Shown in pieces: positions 1 through 10,822 of a stretch of DNA of 64,000 nt (positions are counted from its first letter, which is position 1; each line of letters opens with the position of its first letter). Source of the DNA: an uncultured Nitrososphaerales archaeon (GTDB lineage: Archaea; Thermoproteota; Nitrososphaeria; Nitrososphaerales; Nitrososphaeraceae); the NCBI GenBank assembly GCA_963713605.1, contig CAVQMO010000010.1, positions 1,066,676 through 1,130,675 on the forward strand, read 5' to 3'. The position numbers and the translations under genes were made by a program. The notes under the pieces are model-generated. The model was not told the origin of the DNA and ran no database searches. It saw nothing but the letters and a program-made list of their open reading frames with translations.

Positions 1-781
1 TTATCAGTATTCCTGAGAAAACCGAAAATATTCTAATAAAACCAGAAGGTGTAGGCCTACCTAACGATCCGATTGCTTTATCTAAATCAAAGGCTCGCAT
101 AATAAAGGCAATGCCAAGAATGCTTAAGGCAAGGGCAACTGCTTCCTTGGTAAGCCCGAAAACAGTAGCGATCCCTGTCGCAACCAACAATGCTCCGGGA
201 ACACCCAAGAAGAATTTGGAGTATCTTGGATCATATACTAGCATTTTTACATATCTGCCTAGAACAGCATAGGAATACTCCACACTCCGGCTATGCTTTA
301 TTATTATCCGTTGGAGTGAAATAATAGGCACTAGTGTTTGCAAAACAGGGATTACTGATTCATCATCTTCCCCGTCAGATACCAAAACAACCGCATCCGC
401 TTGGTACGAATTGATAATTAGTTGAACTTCTGAATAGATTTTTTCATCAGCCTCTATTCCTCTTTCATATCTTCCAGCAACCAATGCGACCTCAGCATTA
501 TGTCCTTTAGAAATCAACTCTTCATATGTTTTCACTGCTCCAAAGATTGCATTTGCATCAGGATCTTCTGGGTCCTCGATGGCCAAGCGTATCCCTGCAT
601 TTATGCATGAACTTCGTCCGACGATAGGCGTCTGCAGTCCTCCCTTAGAGCCTATATCGTCATCTCTATCAACACAAAGGACAAGAATCTTGTTATGTGA
701 TGCAGGTTTCTTTATGATTTCCTCTGAGGATGAAAGTAGGCTCTTTCGATATCCTTTACTCTTACCGATCACATCTGACAA
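1..781 (-). CDS. DUF373 family membrane protein (runs off window start)
   Basis: Manual translation gives KILVLCVDRDDDIGSKGG...AIEDPEDPDANAIF...VLVSDGEDDE, the archaeal DUF373 signature; probable TTG start at 781. Confidence 0.8.
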   Translation of the reverse strand, partial: MSDVIGKSKGYRKSLLSSSEEIIKKPASHNKILVLCVDRDDDIGSKGGLQTPIVGRSSCINAGIRLAIEDPEDPDANAIFGAVKTYEELISKGHNAEVALVAGRYERGIEADEKIYSEVQLIINSYQADAVVLVSDGEDDESVIPVLQTLVPIISLQRIIIKHSRSVEYSYAVLGRYVKMLVYDPRYSKFFLGVPGALLVATGIATVFGLTKEAVALALSILGIAFIMRAFDLDKAIGSLGRPTPSGFIRIFSVFSGILI

Positions 782-961
782 TTCGAGGGCACGTACAGAT
801 TACAAGAATGTTGAACCTCCTAATTAATCTGATCAAGAAGAGATTTGAGAAAAAAACATTTAACCGTGAAAAGAAAAAAATCGATGACGTTGATTTCTAC
901 ATTATATGATCAAACTGCTTCATTCAAAGACGATAATTGATTTATTAACGTGTGACTTTAC

Positions 962-1294
962 ATGAAGTCGATGCGCGGAGATATCCAAATCTATGCCGCC
1001 AGAATGACAAAATACAGTGACTCTTTAATGATAAATGTCTGCGATGCAGATCTAGTTGGTAAAACATTGAATCAAGGAGAAATGGTCATTTCCCTATCGC
1101 TAGACTATTTTCAGGAAGAAATAATTGAAAAGGAGAAAGCTGCTGACCTTCTGAATAAGTGCTCGATTGCTAATCTTGTTGGTGAGAAGATTGTCGCATT
1201 GGCCATCTCTATGGGACTAGCAAAAGAGGTTAGTGTGAAACGAATCTGCGGCGTCCCTTTCTTAATGATTTTTAAGTTCTGCCAGACATCGTGA
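962..1294 (+). CDS. DUF424 family protein
   Basis: MINVCDADLVGK...SIANLVGEKIV...ICGVP motif pattern. Confidence 0.8.
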   Translation: MKSMRGDIQIYAARMTKYSDSLMINVCDADLVGKTLNQGEMVISLSLDYFQEEIIEKEKAADLLNKCSIANLVGEKIVALAISMGLAKEVSVKRICGVPFLMIFKFCQTS

Positions 1295-1407
1295 TTCGCA
1301 TAAAACTAGTTGATGGTATTGTTGTTGTTCGACTTTTTTTGAATTTTCAAAGCTGTTACTTTAATATATCTAACTTATTCCAATGAAGGAACAGGGACGT
1401 ACCAGGA

Positions 1408-2040
1408 TTGAGTGTGGAAGATAACTTGAGAGCGTCTAAACATGGGGCAGAAGTCTCCCAACAGTTCATCAAGATTCCAGGAGAAAGGATAGGGGTTCTG
1501 ATAGGCAAGAAAGGTGCAGTAGTAGAGAGAATAAAACAGGAATGTAGCGTAAACGTTGAGATTGAGAGCGAGACCGGAAACGTGATTGTTAGATACGATT
1601 CCATGTCTCTACTTGAAGGACATCCTTTCAAAGCGCTGGAGATAATCTCTGCCATTGCCAGAGGCTTTTCACCAGAGAGGGCATTCAAATTGCTCCATGA
1701 AGATGTTGTTTTTCAACTGCTTGATATGAGGGACTATGTAGGGAACTCGCAGAGTTCATTGATGAGATTAAAGGGCAGAATAATCGGTGAACGAGGAAAG
1801 TCCAGGCGCACCATCGAAGAGCTAAGTGGGGCCGATCTTTCAGTCTACGGACACACCGTTGGCTTTATTGGGATTTTTGAGGCCATTAAGGTAGCAGTTG
1901 AGGCGATAATTCTATTGACGAAAGGAAGTTCTCACAGGAGTGTTTATGCAATGTTGCAGAACTACAGACGCAAACTAAAACAAGAAAAGATATCCCTCTG
2001 GGAGGGACAGTTAACCATGGGTAAACAAAAATTAGGTTAG
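1408..2040 (+). CDS. KH-domain rRNA processing protein (Dim2/Pno1-like)
   Basis: KH GxxG loops IGVLIGKKG and GRIIGERGKSRRTIEELS; AIARGFSPERA. Confidence 0.9.
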   Translation: MSVEDNLRASKHGAEVSQQFIKIPGERIGVLIGKKGAVVERIKQECSVNVEIESETGNVIVRYDSMSLLEGHPFKALEIISAIARGFSPERAFKLLHEDVVFQLLDMRDYVGNSQSSLMRLKGRIIGERGKSRRTIEELSGADLSVYGHTVGFIGIFEAIKVAVEAIILLTKGSSHRSVYAMLQNYRRKLKQEKISLWEGQLTMGKQKLG

Positions 2041-2083
2041 GACTTCACCATTATGAATGAAGCCATTATTCCGCTTCTGATGA

Positions 2084-2665
2084 CTAGGTATCTAATTTTT
2101 TTCTATCGATAGTTCGCGCCCATCGCTTGAAGACGTTATTTGGAATACGGAATTGGTCTAAGACCTTTCCTACGATGTGGTTCACTAGATCGTCAATAGT
2201 TTCCGGTTTATGGTAGAAGCCGGGCATGGCAGGGAGCAACACGGCACCGGTCTTATTCAACCGAAGCATATTGAGAAGATGAATTCTCGATAGAGGCGTT
2301 TCGCGGGGAACTATTACCAATCTTCGTGTCTCCTTCAAGCAAACGTCTGCAGCACGTGAAATTAGATTATCATCATAACCATTCGCTATGCTTGACAATG
2401 TTTTCATGCTGCATGGAATAATCACCATGCCATCTGAGAGAAAAGACCCACTGGATATTTCCGATGCCATGTTATGAGGGTCGTAATTTACAGATGCAAG
2501 TGATTTAATGTATTTGGTGGTGAAATTTGTTTCAATTCTAATAGTTTTTTCGGCCCATTCACTAATAATCAAATGACTCTCAATATTCAACTCAAAGAGT
2601 GCCTCTAGAAATTTTATCCCATAGATAACGCCAGAGCCCCCAGTGATCCCTACAATGAGTTTCAT
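2084..2665 (-). CDS. ubiX: Flavin prenyltransferase UbiX
   Basis: IVGITGGSG, ISSGS, PCSMKTL, VPRETPL, PAMPGFYHKP motifs. Confidence 0.95.
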   Translation of the reverse strand: MKLIVGITGGSGVIYGIKFLEALFELNIESHLIISEWAEKTIRIETNFTTKYIKSLASVNYDPHNMASEISSGSFLSDGMVIIPCSMKTLSSIANGYDDNLISRAADVCLKETRRLVIVPRETPLSRIHLLNMLRLNKTGAVLLPAMPGFYHKPETIDDLVNHIVGKVLDQFRIPNNVFKRWARTIDRKKLDT

Positions 2666-2758
2666 ATTCTACCTTAGTAAAAGGCAATTCCTATTTATTC
2701 CTGATGACCCGGTAGTAACAAAACAAATTAATGAACATTCATCTACGACAATTCTACA

Positions 2759-3659
2759 ATGCGCTTAACAGTATTTGGAAGTCTTGCATTGGACACTACT
2801 AGAACTCCATTTAGGACGGAAGTGGAAATAATGGGAGGCGCTCGCTACATATGCAGCTCTTGCCTCCAGCAAGTTCGTCGAAACAGAGATCCTGGGAGTA
2901 ATCGGATCTGATTTTCCAGAAAAATACCTGGAGATCTTGCGATCAAAAGTTGGAACAGCTGGACTTGTGATGAAATCTGGTAAAAGAACATTTAGATATG
3001 ATTCTTCATTTAATTACGATCTTTCGCACAGGACTACTAACAAGACGGAGCTTAACGTGATATCAGAATACGAACCGTCGGTACCAGATCAACTTAAGAA
3101 TTCAATGTATATCTATTTGGCAAACAACGATCCGATTCAGAATATGAAGATGCTTAAGCAATTCATAAATCCAAAGTTGGTAGTTTGTGATACCATAGAA
3201 TTTTGGATTCAAACCAAACCCGATGCGGTGAAAAAAATGTTTGGAATGGTCCACGGTGTGATTATTAATGATCAGGAAGCAAGAATGCTTTGTGGCATGT
3301 CAAACCTAATTAAATGTGCCAAAGAGATACTCTCGTGGGGTCCAGAATTTGTTATCATCAAAAAGGGGGAACACGGTTCGGTCTTGGTGCGATCTGATAT
3401 GATCTTTGTTGCTCCTGCTTATCCGCTTGAGGAGATTGTCGACCCTACTGGAGCTGGTGACTCCTTTGCCGGAGGATTTATGGGGCACTTGGCCTCAATT
3501 GAAGCTAATGATGTGAAAGAATTTAGGTCTGCAGTAGTTTACGGTAACGTCATGGGCTCTTTTGCAGTAGAAGACTTTGGTTTGACCAGACTTCTTAACA
3601 TCGGCAATGAAGAAATTATCAAAAGATTCCATCTCTACCGAACACTAACACAGCTTTAG
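2759..3659 (+). CDS. PfkB-family carbohydrate/nucleoside kinase (frameshift near 2840)
   Basis: N-terminus MRLTVFGSLALD...GGA lies upstream of the tracked ORF; DPTGAGDSFAGGF PfkB motif. Confidence 0.9.
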
Positions 3660-3714
3660 ACTTCGCAGATTTTTTAAGCTTGTTGCTTCGAAAACAGGAA
3701 GTAAGCATGCACCA

Positions 3715-4344
3715 ATGACGATCGCACCTCTCAATCATGTAACGGCTTGTTTAGGACGTACTTTCTACGAAAGGGATACCTGTGAGGTAGCAAAATCACT
3801 TTTGGGGAAGATTTTTGCACGGAAAATAATATCGCCAGGTGGTAACATAAGATTGGCTGGTTACGTTGTCGAAACTGAAGCATATGGTTACCGAGATGAC
3901 CCCGCTAGTCACGCGTTTAGTGGTAATAGGCCCAGGAACTCTATTATGTTCGGGGACGTGGGCTGTTTATATGTATATTTTGTTTATGGTAAACACTTTT
4001 GTGCTAACGTCACCGCAAGAAAGAACGATACCAAGGCTGGTGCCGTACTAATTAGATCCATTCTGCCTTTAGCGGGACAAGATATGATGAGCAAGATGAG
4101 AAAGAATTCTAAGAATTTGACAATAGGTCCTGGTCGGGTTACAGAGGCTATGTCAATAACGTTGGCTCACAATGGCTTGGACGTTACTCAAGAGACCTCT
4201 CTTATCTCTATCCATCAAGGGCTAGAGATCGCCGACTTTATGACAAGCACAAGGATAGGGATATCAAAAGCCATTGACAGGCCTTGGCGATACACCGCTA
4301 CCAGATTTGCTTCTGGCTTGAAGATTAAATTCCGTGATAGGTGA
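3715..4344 (+). CDS. mpg: 3-methyladenine DNA glycosylase (MPG/AAG family)
   Basis: VETEAY, YVYFVYG, GAVLIR, GPG, TRIGIS...PWRY motifs. Confidence 0.92.
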   Translation: MTIAPLNHVTACLGRTFYERDTCEVAKSLLGKIFARKIISPGGNIRLAGYVVETEAYGYRDDPASHAFSGNRPRNSIMFGDVGCLYVYFVYGKHFCANVTARKNDTKAGAVLIRSILPLAGQDMMSKMRKNSKNLTIGPGRVTEAMSITLAHNGLDVTQETSLISIHQGLEIADFMTSTRIGISKAIDRPWRYTATRFASGLKIKFRDR

Positions 4345-4406
4345 TATCATGCTTACAATCTTTCAAGAAGTCATATAATCTTCTTGAAATTGTTCAAATT
4401 GCATTG

Positions 4407-5864
4407 TTAGGCGAGCAACACTTTTTTTCCTGCATTCATTATGTTTTTCTTGTCAAAAATCTTCTTTACTTGAACAAAAAGTTGGTAAGTATCAGCACCA
4501 AACATTTCTTTAATGTAGCGAGAACGCACCAACCCATCCCCATGTTCCGCACTAATGCTCCCTCTAAGCTCCTTCACTTTTAAAAAAACCTCGCTGGCAA
4601 GCTGCTCGATGACCAGTTCGCCCTGAGCAGACTGGGCATTAATTAGAGGTCTGGTGTGAATATTCCCATTACCAATATGACCGTACATCACATAATCCAA
4701 CATATACCTATCATAAATTTTCTGAATGAATGGAATGAATTCTTCTAACAAGGACGGATTAACTATAGTATCCTCAATAATTCCTATAGCCTTCTTATTA
4801 CCATCACTGATTCGCAGAATGTGGTTTAATGAGTTTCTTCTTTCTTCCCATGCAGCATTACAACTATTCGTGTCAGACAAGATCTCTATCGAATTGCATC
4901 TCTGTTGGAGTGCAGATCTACATCTATCAACTTGTTGTTCTAGTTTTGTCAGGGACTCTCCACAGAATTCCGCATAGATGGTAGGGAAATCCGTTAATCC
5001 TTTCTCTTTAAGGCGTCCGAAACTTAGGAGCTCAACAGCTGAAGGATGAAACGATAATATTTTCGGGATGAATTGCAATAAGCTTACCATATCTAAGAAT
5101 TCGCAAACAAGTAAAATCTCATATTGCGGAATTTCTATTGTTCTCAGTTTAGCTTTAGTTATGATTCCAAGCGTACCCTCTGCTCCTGCAAAAACCCTTT
5201 GGGGAAAATATGATCCGTTTCGGACCAAAGCATCCAGCCTAAATCCGGAGGAATTTTTTGAGGTATCTGGGTAAGACGCGGCGATCAGGCCTAAATTTGA
5301 TAAGACTATGGGAAGAATTGACCCACAGCGTTGATCAGGCTGGATTGATGAGCCGATTGTACTCGTGGATCCATCACAGTAGACCACGTCCAATTCTTCG
5401 ATGTAGTCAATAGTCCTACCATATCTTAACGTGTGAGCTCCACTCGAATTGTTGGCAATCATGCCACCAATCGTGCAAAAATTACTGCTCGATGGATCGG
5501 GGGGAAGCAACTTTCCTTTTTTCTTAAGCTCTTTGTCCAATACTGTCTTTACAACTCCGGGTTCGAGCACCACACAACTTTCTTCAATTTCAATGATCCT
5601 GTTCAAATGCTTGCCAATGTCAACTACTATTCCCTGGGTTAGTGCTTGTCCTAGTAGGCCCGTCCCACCTCCTTTGGGAGTTAATGGAATTTCTCTTCCA
5701 TATGCGTATTGACATATATTAATAACATCAGTCACGTCCTCCGGCACAAAAACCATTGACGGAAGAATCTGAAAACGACTAGCATCAACTGAGTGTATGA
5801 GCCTTGTCCATTGATCAGTGTACACCTTGCCTGCCAATTTCCCCCAATGGTCATCGTCTAGCAT
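4407..5864 (-). CDS. FAD-linked oxidoreductase (GlcD/D-lactate dehydrogenase family)
   Basis: GGGTGLLG, PDPSS, TIGGMIANNSSG, GAEGTLG, GHIGNGNIH, SAEHGDG. Confidence 0.9.
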   Translation of the reverse strand: MLDDDHWGKLAGKVYTDQWTRLIHSVDASRFQILPSMVFVPEDVTDVINICQYAYGREIPLTPKGGGTGLLGQALTQGIVVDIGKHLNRIIEIEESCVVLEPGVVKTVLDKELKKKGKLLPPDPSSSNFCTIGGMIANNSSGAHTLRYGRTIDYIEELDVVYCDGSTSTIGSSIQPDQRCGSILPIVLSNLGLIAASYPDTSKNSSGFRLDALVRNGSYFPQRVFAGAEGTLGIITKAKLRTIEIPQYEILLVCEFLDMVSLLQFIPKILSFHPSAVELLSFGRLKEKGLTDFPTIYAEFCGESLTKLEQQVDRCRSALQQRCNSIEILSDTNSCNAAWEERRNSLNHILRISDGNKKAIGIIEDTIVNPSLLEEFIPFIQKIYDRYMLDYVMYGHIGNGNIHTRPLINAQSAQGELVIEQLASEVFLKVKELRGSISAEHGDGLVRSRYIKEMFGADTYQLFVQVKKIFDKKNIMNAGKKVLLA

Positions 5865-6126
5865 CCGGATAAAATATACCGTATCAACGATATAAGTGAG
5901 CGGCACTTTGTTGCTTACCTTTGGCTATGATTGCACCCATGCAAGTATGTGGATCGATTTGATGTAAGAAATTTTTGTCCATCTAATAACCCAGGATCCC
6001 GCTAATCCTTTCGCTTGCAAGGGGGCCTCTGGACTGACCCTTTTGAGTTGATACCATAATTAAAAGGAGGTAACATTATGTAACAATTATTGGACTGGAA
6101 GGGCGGAAAAATGTCTATATCTAGAG

Positions 6127-6750
6127 TTGTGTCTTGATTCCCTTGTGAATAAGGGAAAATTATTTTTCATCTATGTTGCTAAAGAGTCAGAATGGAAGGA
6201 CAGAGAAAGTCAAGATTGGATCTATGTTCTAGCTATGGTGCGCTTTTTCAATTGGTGGATGAAAAGAAACTTCAATACTAGTTTCACAATAGATGCTGAT
6301 ATATTACCTGTGATTCCAGGCCATCTATTTGATCGAATGTCTATTGGCTATCTGACAAGAGATCACAAAGAAAGAGGGTCATCGACATATCATTTCTATC
6401 TGGCCTATTTTAAACCAATTTGGACTGATTGTAAGATCGAAGGATATTCAGCTGAAAATTTTTCGATGGTATATTGGAAGAGACCAGAACATAACGTATT
6501 TGGATATGATAGATCAAAATTCTTCGCGGAAAATAACTGTGCAAAAATATCTCACCTTCTTACCCATGAATGTTTGAGACTCTTAGGAAGACACAGAAAA
6601 GAGTATTTTTCATCGGTACATGACCTATGGGAAAGCCATATGAGAGGTTCAATTCCCTTTGTGTACCATAATGATAAATTTGCACAGGTTTCAGATGACT
6701 CAACATACTATTACAAGGTAATAGATGTGAAACGACTACGCCATCTGTGA
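6127..6750 (+). CDS. Conserved hypothetical protein, possible zincin-like HExxR motif
   Basis: 207-aa ORF containing SHLLTHECLR; no firm family. Confidence 0.6.
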   Translation: MCLDSLVNKGKLFFIYVAKESEWKDRESQDWIYVLAMVRFFNWWMKRNFNTSFTIDADILPVIPGHLFDRMSIGYLTRDHKERGSSTYHFYLAYFKPIWTDCKIEGYSAENFSMVYWKRPEHNVFGYDRSKFFAENNCAKISHLLTHECLRLLGRHRKEYFSSVHDLWESHMRGSIPFVYHNDKFAQVSDDSTYYYKVIDVKRLRHL

Positions 6751-6771
6751 CGCAAGTAAGAGTGAAAAAGA

Positions 6772-7047
6772 TTGGATCACTTTGAAGAAGTCGTGATTAA
6801 GTGTGGGGCGATTTCCTCTCTAATTGGGGTTGCCATCTTGACGACATTGATCATTGTCCTTTTAGCCTATCCGGTCTCAAAGTACTGTAAGGGTAACACT
6901 GACAATTGTGAATTCATTTCTCAGGCTCCCGAACCACTCAGAGGTATTGTTCAACCTATTACCTTGATTACGTCGTTGGCAGGAATAGCTGCTGGGATAT
7001 TATTGCTAAGGTTAGGGATGTGGCGCAGGACTAGAAAAATCACTTAG
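6772..7047 (+). CDS. Small two-TM membrane protein
   Basis: Two hydrophobic segments with a Cys-pair loop. Confidence 0.6.
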   Translation: MDHFEEVVIKCGAISSLIGVAILTTLIIVLLAYPVSKYCKGNTDNCEFISQAPEPLRGIVQPITLITSLAGIAAGILLLRLGMWRRTRKIT

Positions 7048-7462
7048 GACAGCGATATCCATTTAATATGAATACGGACGTCGCATCATTACCGAAAGTG
7101 TATCGGGTTCAATGAGATGGTCACGCGCATGAGTCTTAATATTCACGACATGAAGGATGGGGCCGAAGGGATATGTTCTACCTGCACCATCAGGTGTCAG
7201 TAATTGAACCCTTGATCCACGGGTTTCTGCCCAATTACGTTGGTTGGGATGTAAGATCTGGAGCCCGTTGCGATTCCTGGCTTCGCTACGACCCCACCCA
7301 GCAACGGCTGTAAATATTGAAGCGTAATATCTGCGTATCTGTGTAATCTGAACCTCAGGCAAAAATACTTGTCAAGGAAAGAGATAAATAATTTCGGAGC
7401 ATACCCAACGATATTGACCGGAGAAACGCAGACTGCGGGCAAGACGAACCAGAATAAAGATC

Positions 7463-8272
7463 TTGAGAGCAATAGCAGATAAAAGTGGCGCTGCAAGGTT
7501 CTCCGACATTAAGAATGCCACGCGACTTTCTACTGGTTCAATATACTATCATCTTGAACGAATGGCTGATTATGTAGGGAAAAATTCGAAGGAATATACC
7601 CTTACTGACCAAGGATTTCGGTTTCTTGAAGAAATCGATCATAGCTATATCGACAACCGACCAGAACAGATCCCTGTCCCTCAAAAGGTGATGGAGGCTC
7701 AGATGCCTTCCGGAGAAAGCATAGGCCGACAATCATTGAAGGGGTTTATGTGGATAATTCCTTATGCAGGTATAGTTGCCGCAATAATATCTGTGTTGCA
7801 GGTTAATTCGGCCTTGGGTCTCCCCGGATTGGATTTAGACAAGATGATTGCTAATGCAAGTTTAATATCATCTTTATCGATAACAGGTATTCTCGCTGCA
7901 GCATTCTTGATTATGTTCAGGAGGCAGATAATCCCTAGGGGAGTTAAAGGTATCATCTTGTCTACGGCGACTATAGTATCAGTACTTGCCGTGAATTTAA
8001 TAGTATTCTCGGGGCTTTATACACAGATAGGTGTGATTTCTAGTGTTTCTTATGCCACTGAAATAATTGCCAATGCAAGCTTAATATCATCTTTATCAAT
8101 AACAGGTATTCTCGCTGCAGCATTCTTGATTATGTTCAGGAGGCAGATAATCCCAGGAGGGGTTAGGGGATTGACATTTCCTGCTCTAATTGTAATATCG
8201 GTAGTCATTGTTAATATTCTTGTGTTCTCAGGGCTGGATGCACAAGTAACGATGAATCAAGTAGTTTATTAA
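7463..8272 (+). CDS. Winged-helix (ArsR-like) regulator fused to multi-TM domain
   Basis: RFSDIKNATRLSTGSIYYHL...YTLTDQG wHTH; internally duplicated TM segment; true start may be slightly upstream. Confidence 0.75.
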   Translation: MRAIADKSGAARFSDIKNATRLSTGSIYYHLERMADYVGKNSKEYTLTDQGFRFLEEIDHSYIDNRPEQIPVPQKVMEAQMPSGESIGRQSLKGFMWIIPYAGIVAAIISVLQVNSALGLPGLDLDKMIANASLISSLSITGILAAAFLIMFRRQIIPRGVKGIILSTATIVSVLAVNLIVFSGLYTQIGVISSVSYATEIIANASLISSLSITGILAAAFLIMFRRQIIPGGVRGLTFPALIVISVVIVNILVFSGLDAQVTMNQVVY

Positions 8273-8284
8273 ATTAGATTACGT

Positions 8285-8707
8285 TTGAGCCAGTCAACAT
8301 GGCTATTATACCTTAATAAAGGCTGTTGCAAGGTACTGGATACTGTAGTGGTTGCCCGCCGTAGAAATTGCGACATTATGTTGAAATCAGTTTTAGGACT
8401 TGAACCAAATGAAGCCCAACTTTACTTGTTGGTTGTTTATTCAGGGAAAATGACTGTCTCCAAAATTGCGGAGGCTTGCAATTGGAACGTTGAAAAGGCG
8501 AAGCTCTATTCAATTATGTTGATGGAGAAAGGAATGCTTATCGAGATCAACGACGATGAATTTGAGTCACTTCATCCTCGATTCGCATTATCAAACAGGT
8601 ATAGAAGGAGATGCAGTGAGTTAGGCATCGAATATGGTAGGAACGATCAAGTGGATAGCCTAGCGATCTATTTAGAAAAGCACTACGACTTGGCGAGAAC
8701 CAAATAA
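8285..8707 (+). CDS. TrmB-like HTH transcriptional regulator
   Basis: LGLEPNEAQLYLLVV..GKMTVSKIA...LMEKGML; real start probably near 8378. Confidence 0.65.
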   Translation: MSQSTWLLYLNKGCCKVLDTVVVARRRNCDIMLKSVLGLEPNEAQLYLLVVYSGKMTVSKIAEACNWNVEKAKLYSIMLMEKGMLIEINDDEFESLHPRFALSNRYRRRCSELGIEYGRNDQVDSLAIYLEKHYDLARTK

Positions 8708-8740
8708 ATATACCGAAGATTAAATCTAAGGACGAATTGA

Positions 8741-9178
8741 TTGACAGCGGATACGAGTGATTCCAATTCTGTCACCGGAGTTGTGTATTTTGGGGTAATC
8801 AATATAAATGAACGACATAGAAATATTGGATCTGTTGATGTCTGGCGAAGCGTAGTGACCAAAGAGTTTTTCTGTGAGGAAAAAAGAATCGGTATTCTGG
8901 ATATTTCAGACAAGATTGGGTTGCATAGAATTGACAAGAGTAAAAAATGGGCAGTTGCAGTACATAGAAAGAGAAGAGGAACTAACAGATGGAAGCTAGT
9001 TGAACTTATTGGAAAGGGTCCTCAACGATTCATAGATTCTGATGATGAGTCAGTAGTTGAAGTAAGTAGTGATAGCTATAGCATTGTTGATGTTGATTGG
9101 TGGAGTTTTTTGGTAGAACCCAATGTAAATCGAACAGTGGACGTTACTGAGGATCTTCCCGGAAATGCTGCCAGATAA
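8741..9178 (+). CDS. Hypothetical protein
   Basis: 145-aa ORF in operon-like context. Confidence 0.6.
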   Translation: MTADTSDSNSVTGVVYFGVININERHRNIGSVDVWRSVVTKEFFCEEKRIGILDISDKIGLHRIDKSKKWAVAVHRKRRGTNRWKLVELIGKGPQRFIDSDDESVVEVSSDSYSIVDVDWWSFLVEPNVNRTVDVTEDLPGNAAR

Positions 9179-9482
9179 AACTTCAGAATTCCACCACCCT
9201 TATACTGCAGTTATAACATCCTCTAGAGGAGGCAACATCGCAAGTAAGTTGAGAGGATATATACTGATAGATGGCAAGAAATTTCATTTCAGTGCGTTGG
9301 CATTTGGGAGGATCGGCGGGCATAATATTAACCTTAATCTTTCAAAGAAAACTCTTGCAGAGGTGACAAAGATGGGTCTAGATGGTGAAAAACTTTCTCT
9401 AAATCTGCAGAGAAAGCTCATTGAAGGGGACGTAATTCTGAAACCTAGTAGGCAAGTGGATAGAGATAAAATGACTGTCTAG
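9165..9482 (+). CDS. Hypothetical protein
   Basis: 105-aa ORF overlapping the previous stop; FGRIGGHNI. Confidence 0.6.
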   Translation: MLPDKTSEFHHPYTAVITSSRGGNIASKLRGYILIDGKKFHFSALAFGRIGGHNINLNLSKKTLAEVTKMGLDGEKLSLNLQRKLIEGDVILKPSRQVDRDKMTV

Positions 9483-10282
9483 ACCAGGGCATCTTTAAGT
9501 GAAGTTCCACAGTTGCATTTTTTTCTTCTTTTAGGGACCTCTACGATCAATTCCTTAATCAGGGTTTTAGTCTTCCCAATATTTGCTTGCAATTGGCTCA
9601 AAATACCTTGAGAGCTCACGGGGTGTTGAGCCCAGACATCGAAGTCAGTAATTGTTGCCAACGACACATAGCAAATTTCTGCCTCCCTAGCCAACACACA
9701 TTCAGGAACTAGGGTCATCCCGATTATGTGGGCACCTACCACCTCTCGGTAATATTTGGATTCCGCCCTGGTTGAGAATCTCGGACCTTCGATACACAAA
9801 TAGGTGGCATGATCGTGACAAGGGAATGAATGTTCTCTAGCCAATTTGGCAGTTATATCTCTAAGCTCAGGACAAAATGGATCGGCGACAGAAATATGAC
9901 AAACTCTTCCACCATGGTAGAAGGTCTGTTCCCTTCTTCTAGTAAAGTCTACAAACTGGTCAGGTACGATGATGTCTCCTGGGACAAGAGACTTATCAAG
10001 ACTTCCGACGGCGGAGGGAGAAATTATTCTTGATACTCTAATCTCCTTTAATGCCCAAATATTTGCTCTATAGTTGATGCCATGAGGAGGTATTGTATGA
10101 TTCCTACCATGTCGAGGCAAAAATGCGACCTTTACACCCTCTAATTCACCTATGGTGATGAGGTCAGAAGGTTGCCCAAATGGTGTACTCATCTTAGCTT
10201 CAACTATATTTGTGAGCATGGTGGTATCGTACATCCCTGTTCCTCCAATAATAGCAATATCAGCAGTGGGTCCGGTTGTCAT
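9479..10282 (-). CDS. mtnP: S-methyl-5'-thioadenosine phosphorylase
   Basis: IIGGTG, FLPRHG, NYRANIWAL, EGPRFSTRAES, GMTLVPE, TDFD. Confidence 0.95.
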   Translation of the reverse strand: MTTGPTADIAIIGGTGMYDTTMLTNIVEAKMSTPFGQPSDLITIGELEGVKVAFLPRHGRNHTIPPHGINYRANIWALKEIRVSRIISPSAVGSLDKSLVPGDIIVPDQFVDFTRRREQTFYHGGRVCHISVADPFCPELRDITAKLAREHSFPCHDHATYLCIEGPRFSTRAESKYYREVVGAHIIGMTLVPECVLAREAEICYVSLATITDFDVWAQHPVSSQGILSQLQANIGKTKTLIKELIVEVPKRRKKCNCGTSLKDALV

Positions 10283-10288
10283 CTTGAA

Positions 10289-10822
10289 TTAGTATACAAT
10301 TAATGACTGAATATTATACCCTAACTCCCGCAATGATGCTCCACCTTTCAGGTCCTTTAATTCAATCAAAAAAGCGAATCCAGAGATATTAGCCCCCTCA
10401 TCCCTCAATAACCTCGCAGCTGCCAAGGCCGTACCGCCTGTTGCTATCAGATCGTCTGCAACTATGACATTCTGTCCAGGTAGAAGACTCCCTTGTTGGA
10501 TCTCCATCTCTGCTGTGCCATATTCAATCTGATATGATTGTCGACTAGTCCTGCCTGGTAATTTTCCAGCTTTTCTAATCATGATTACACCTAAACCAAA
10601 TCTTATTGCGATACAGGTCGCAATGATAAAGCCTCTAGATTCAATTCCTGCAACCACCTTAGGCTTTTCTGCAATAAACCTGCGATGGAATTCTTCCGAG
10701 ATATAATTTAAAGCATTTCCGTCACTAATTAGAGGATTAATATCTCTGAATAATACTCCTTGTTTTGGGAAATCGGGAAAATCCTTTATTAGTTTCTTTA
10801 GATCGAGTGGCTTCGCAGTCAA
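10289..10822 (-). CDS. apt: Adenine phosphoribosyltransferase
   Basis: PDFPKQGVLFRDI, GIESRGF, RKAGKLPG, VADDLIATGGT. Confidence 0.95.
   Translation of the reverse strand: MTAKPLDLKKLIKDFPDFPKQGVLFRDINPLISDGNALNYISEEFHRRFIAEKPKVVAGIESRGFIIATCIAIRFGLGVIMIRKAGKLPGRTSRQSYQIEYGTAEMEIQQGSLLPGQNVIVADDLIATGGTALAAARLLRDEGANISGFAFLIELKDLKGGASLRELGYNIQSLIVY

Noticed and set aside
5990..6050. GC-rich hairpin between divergent genes as an sRNA
   Set aside because: Pairing is interrupted and there is no second copy or box motif to support it.
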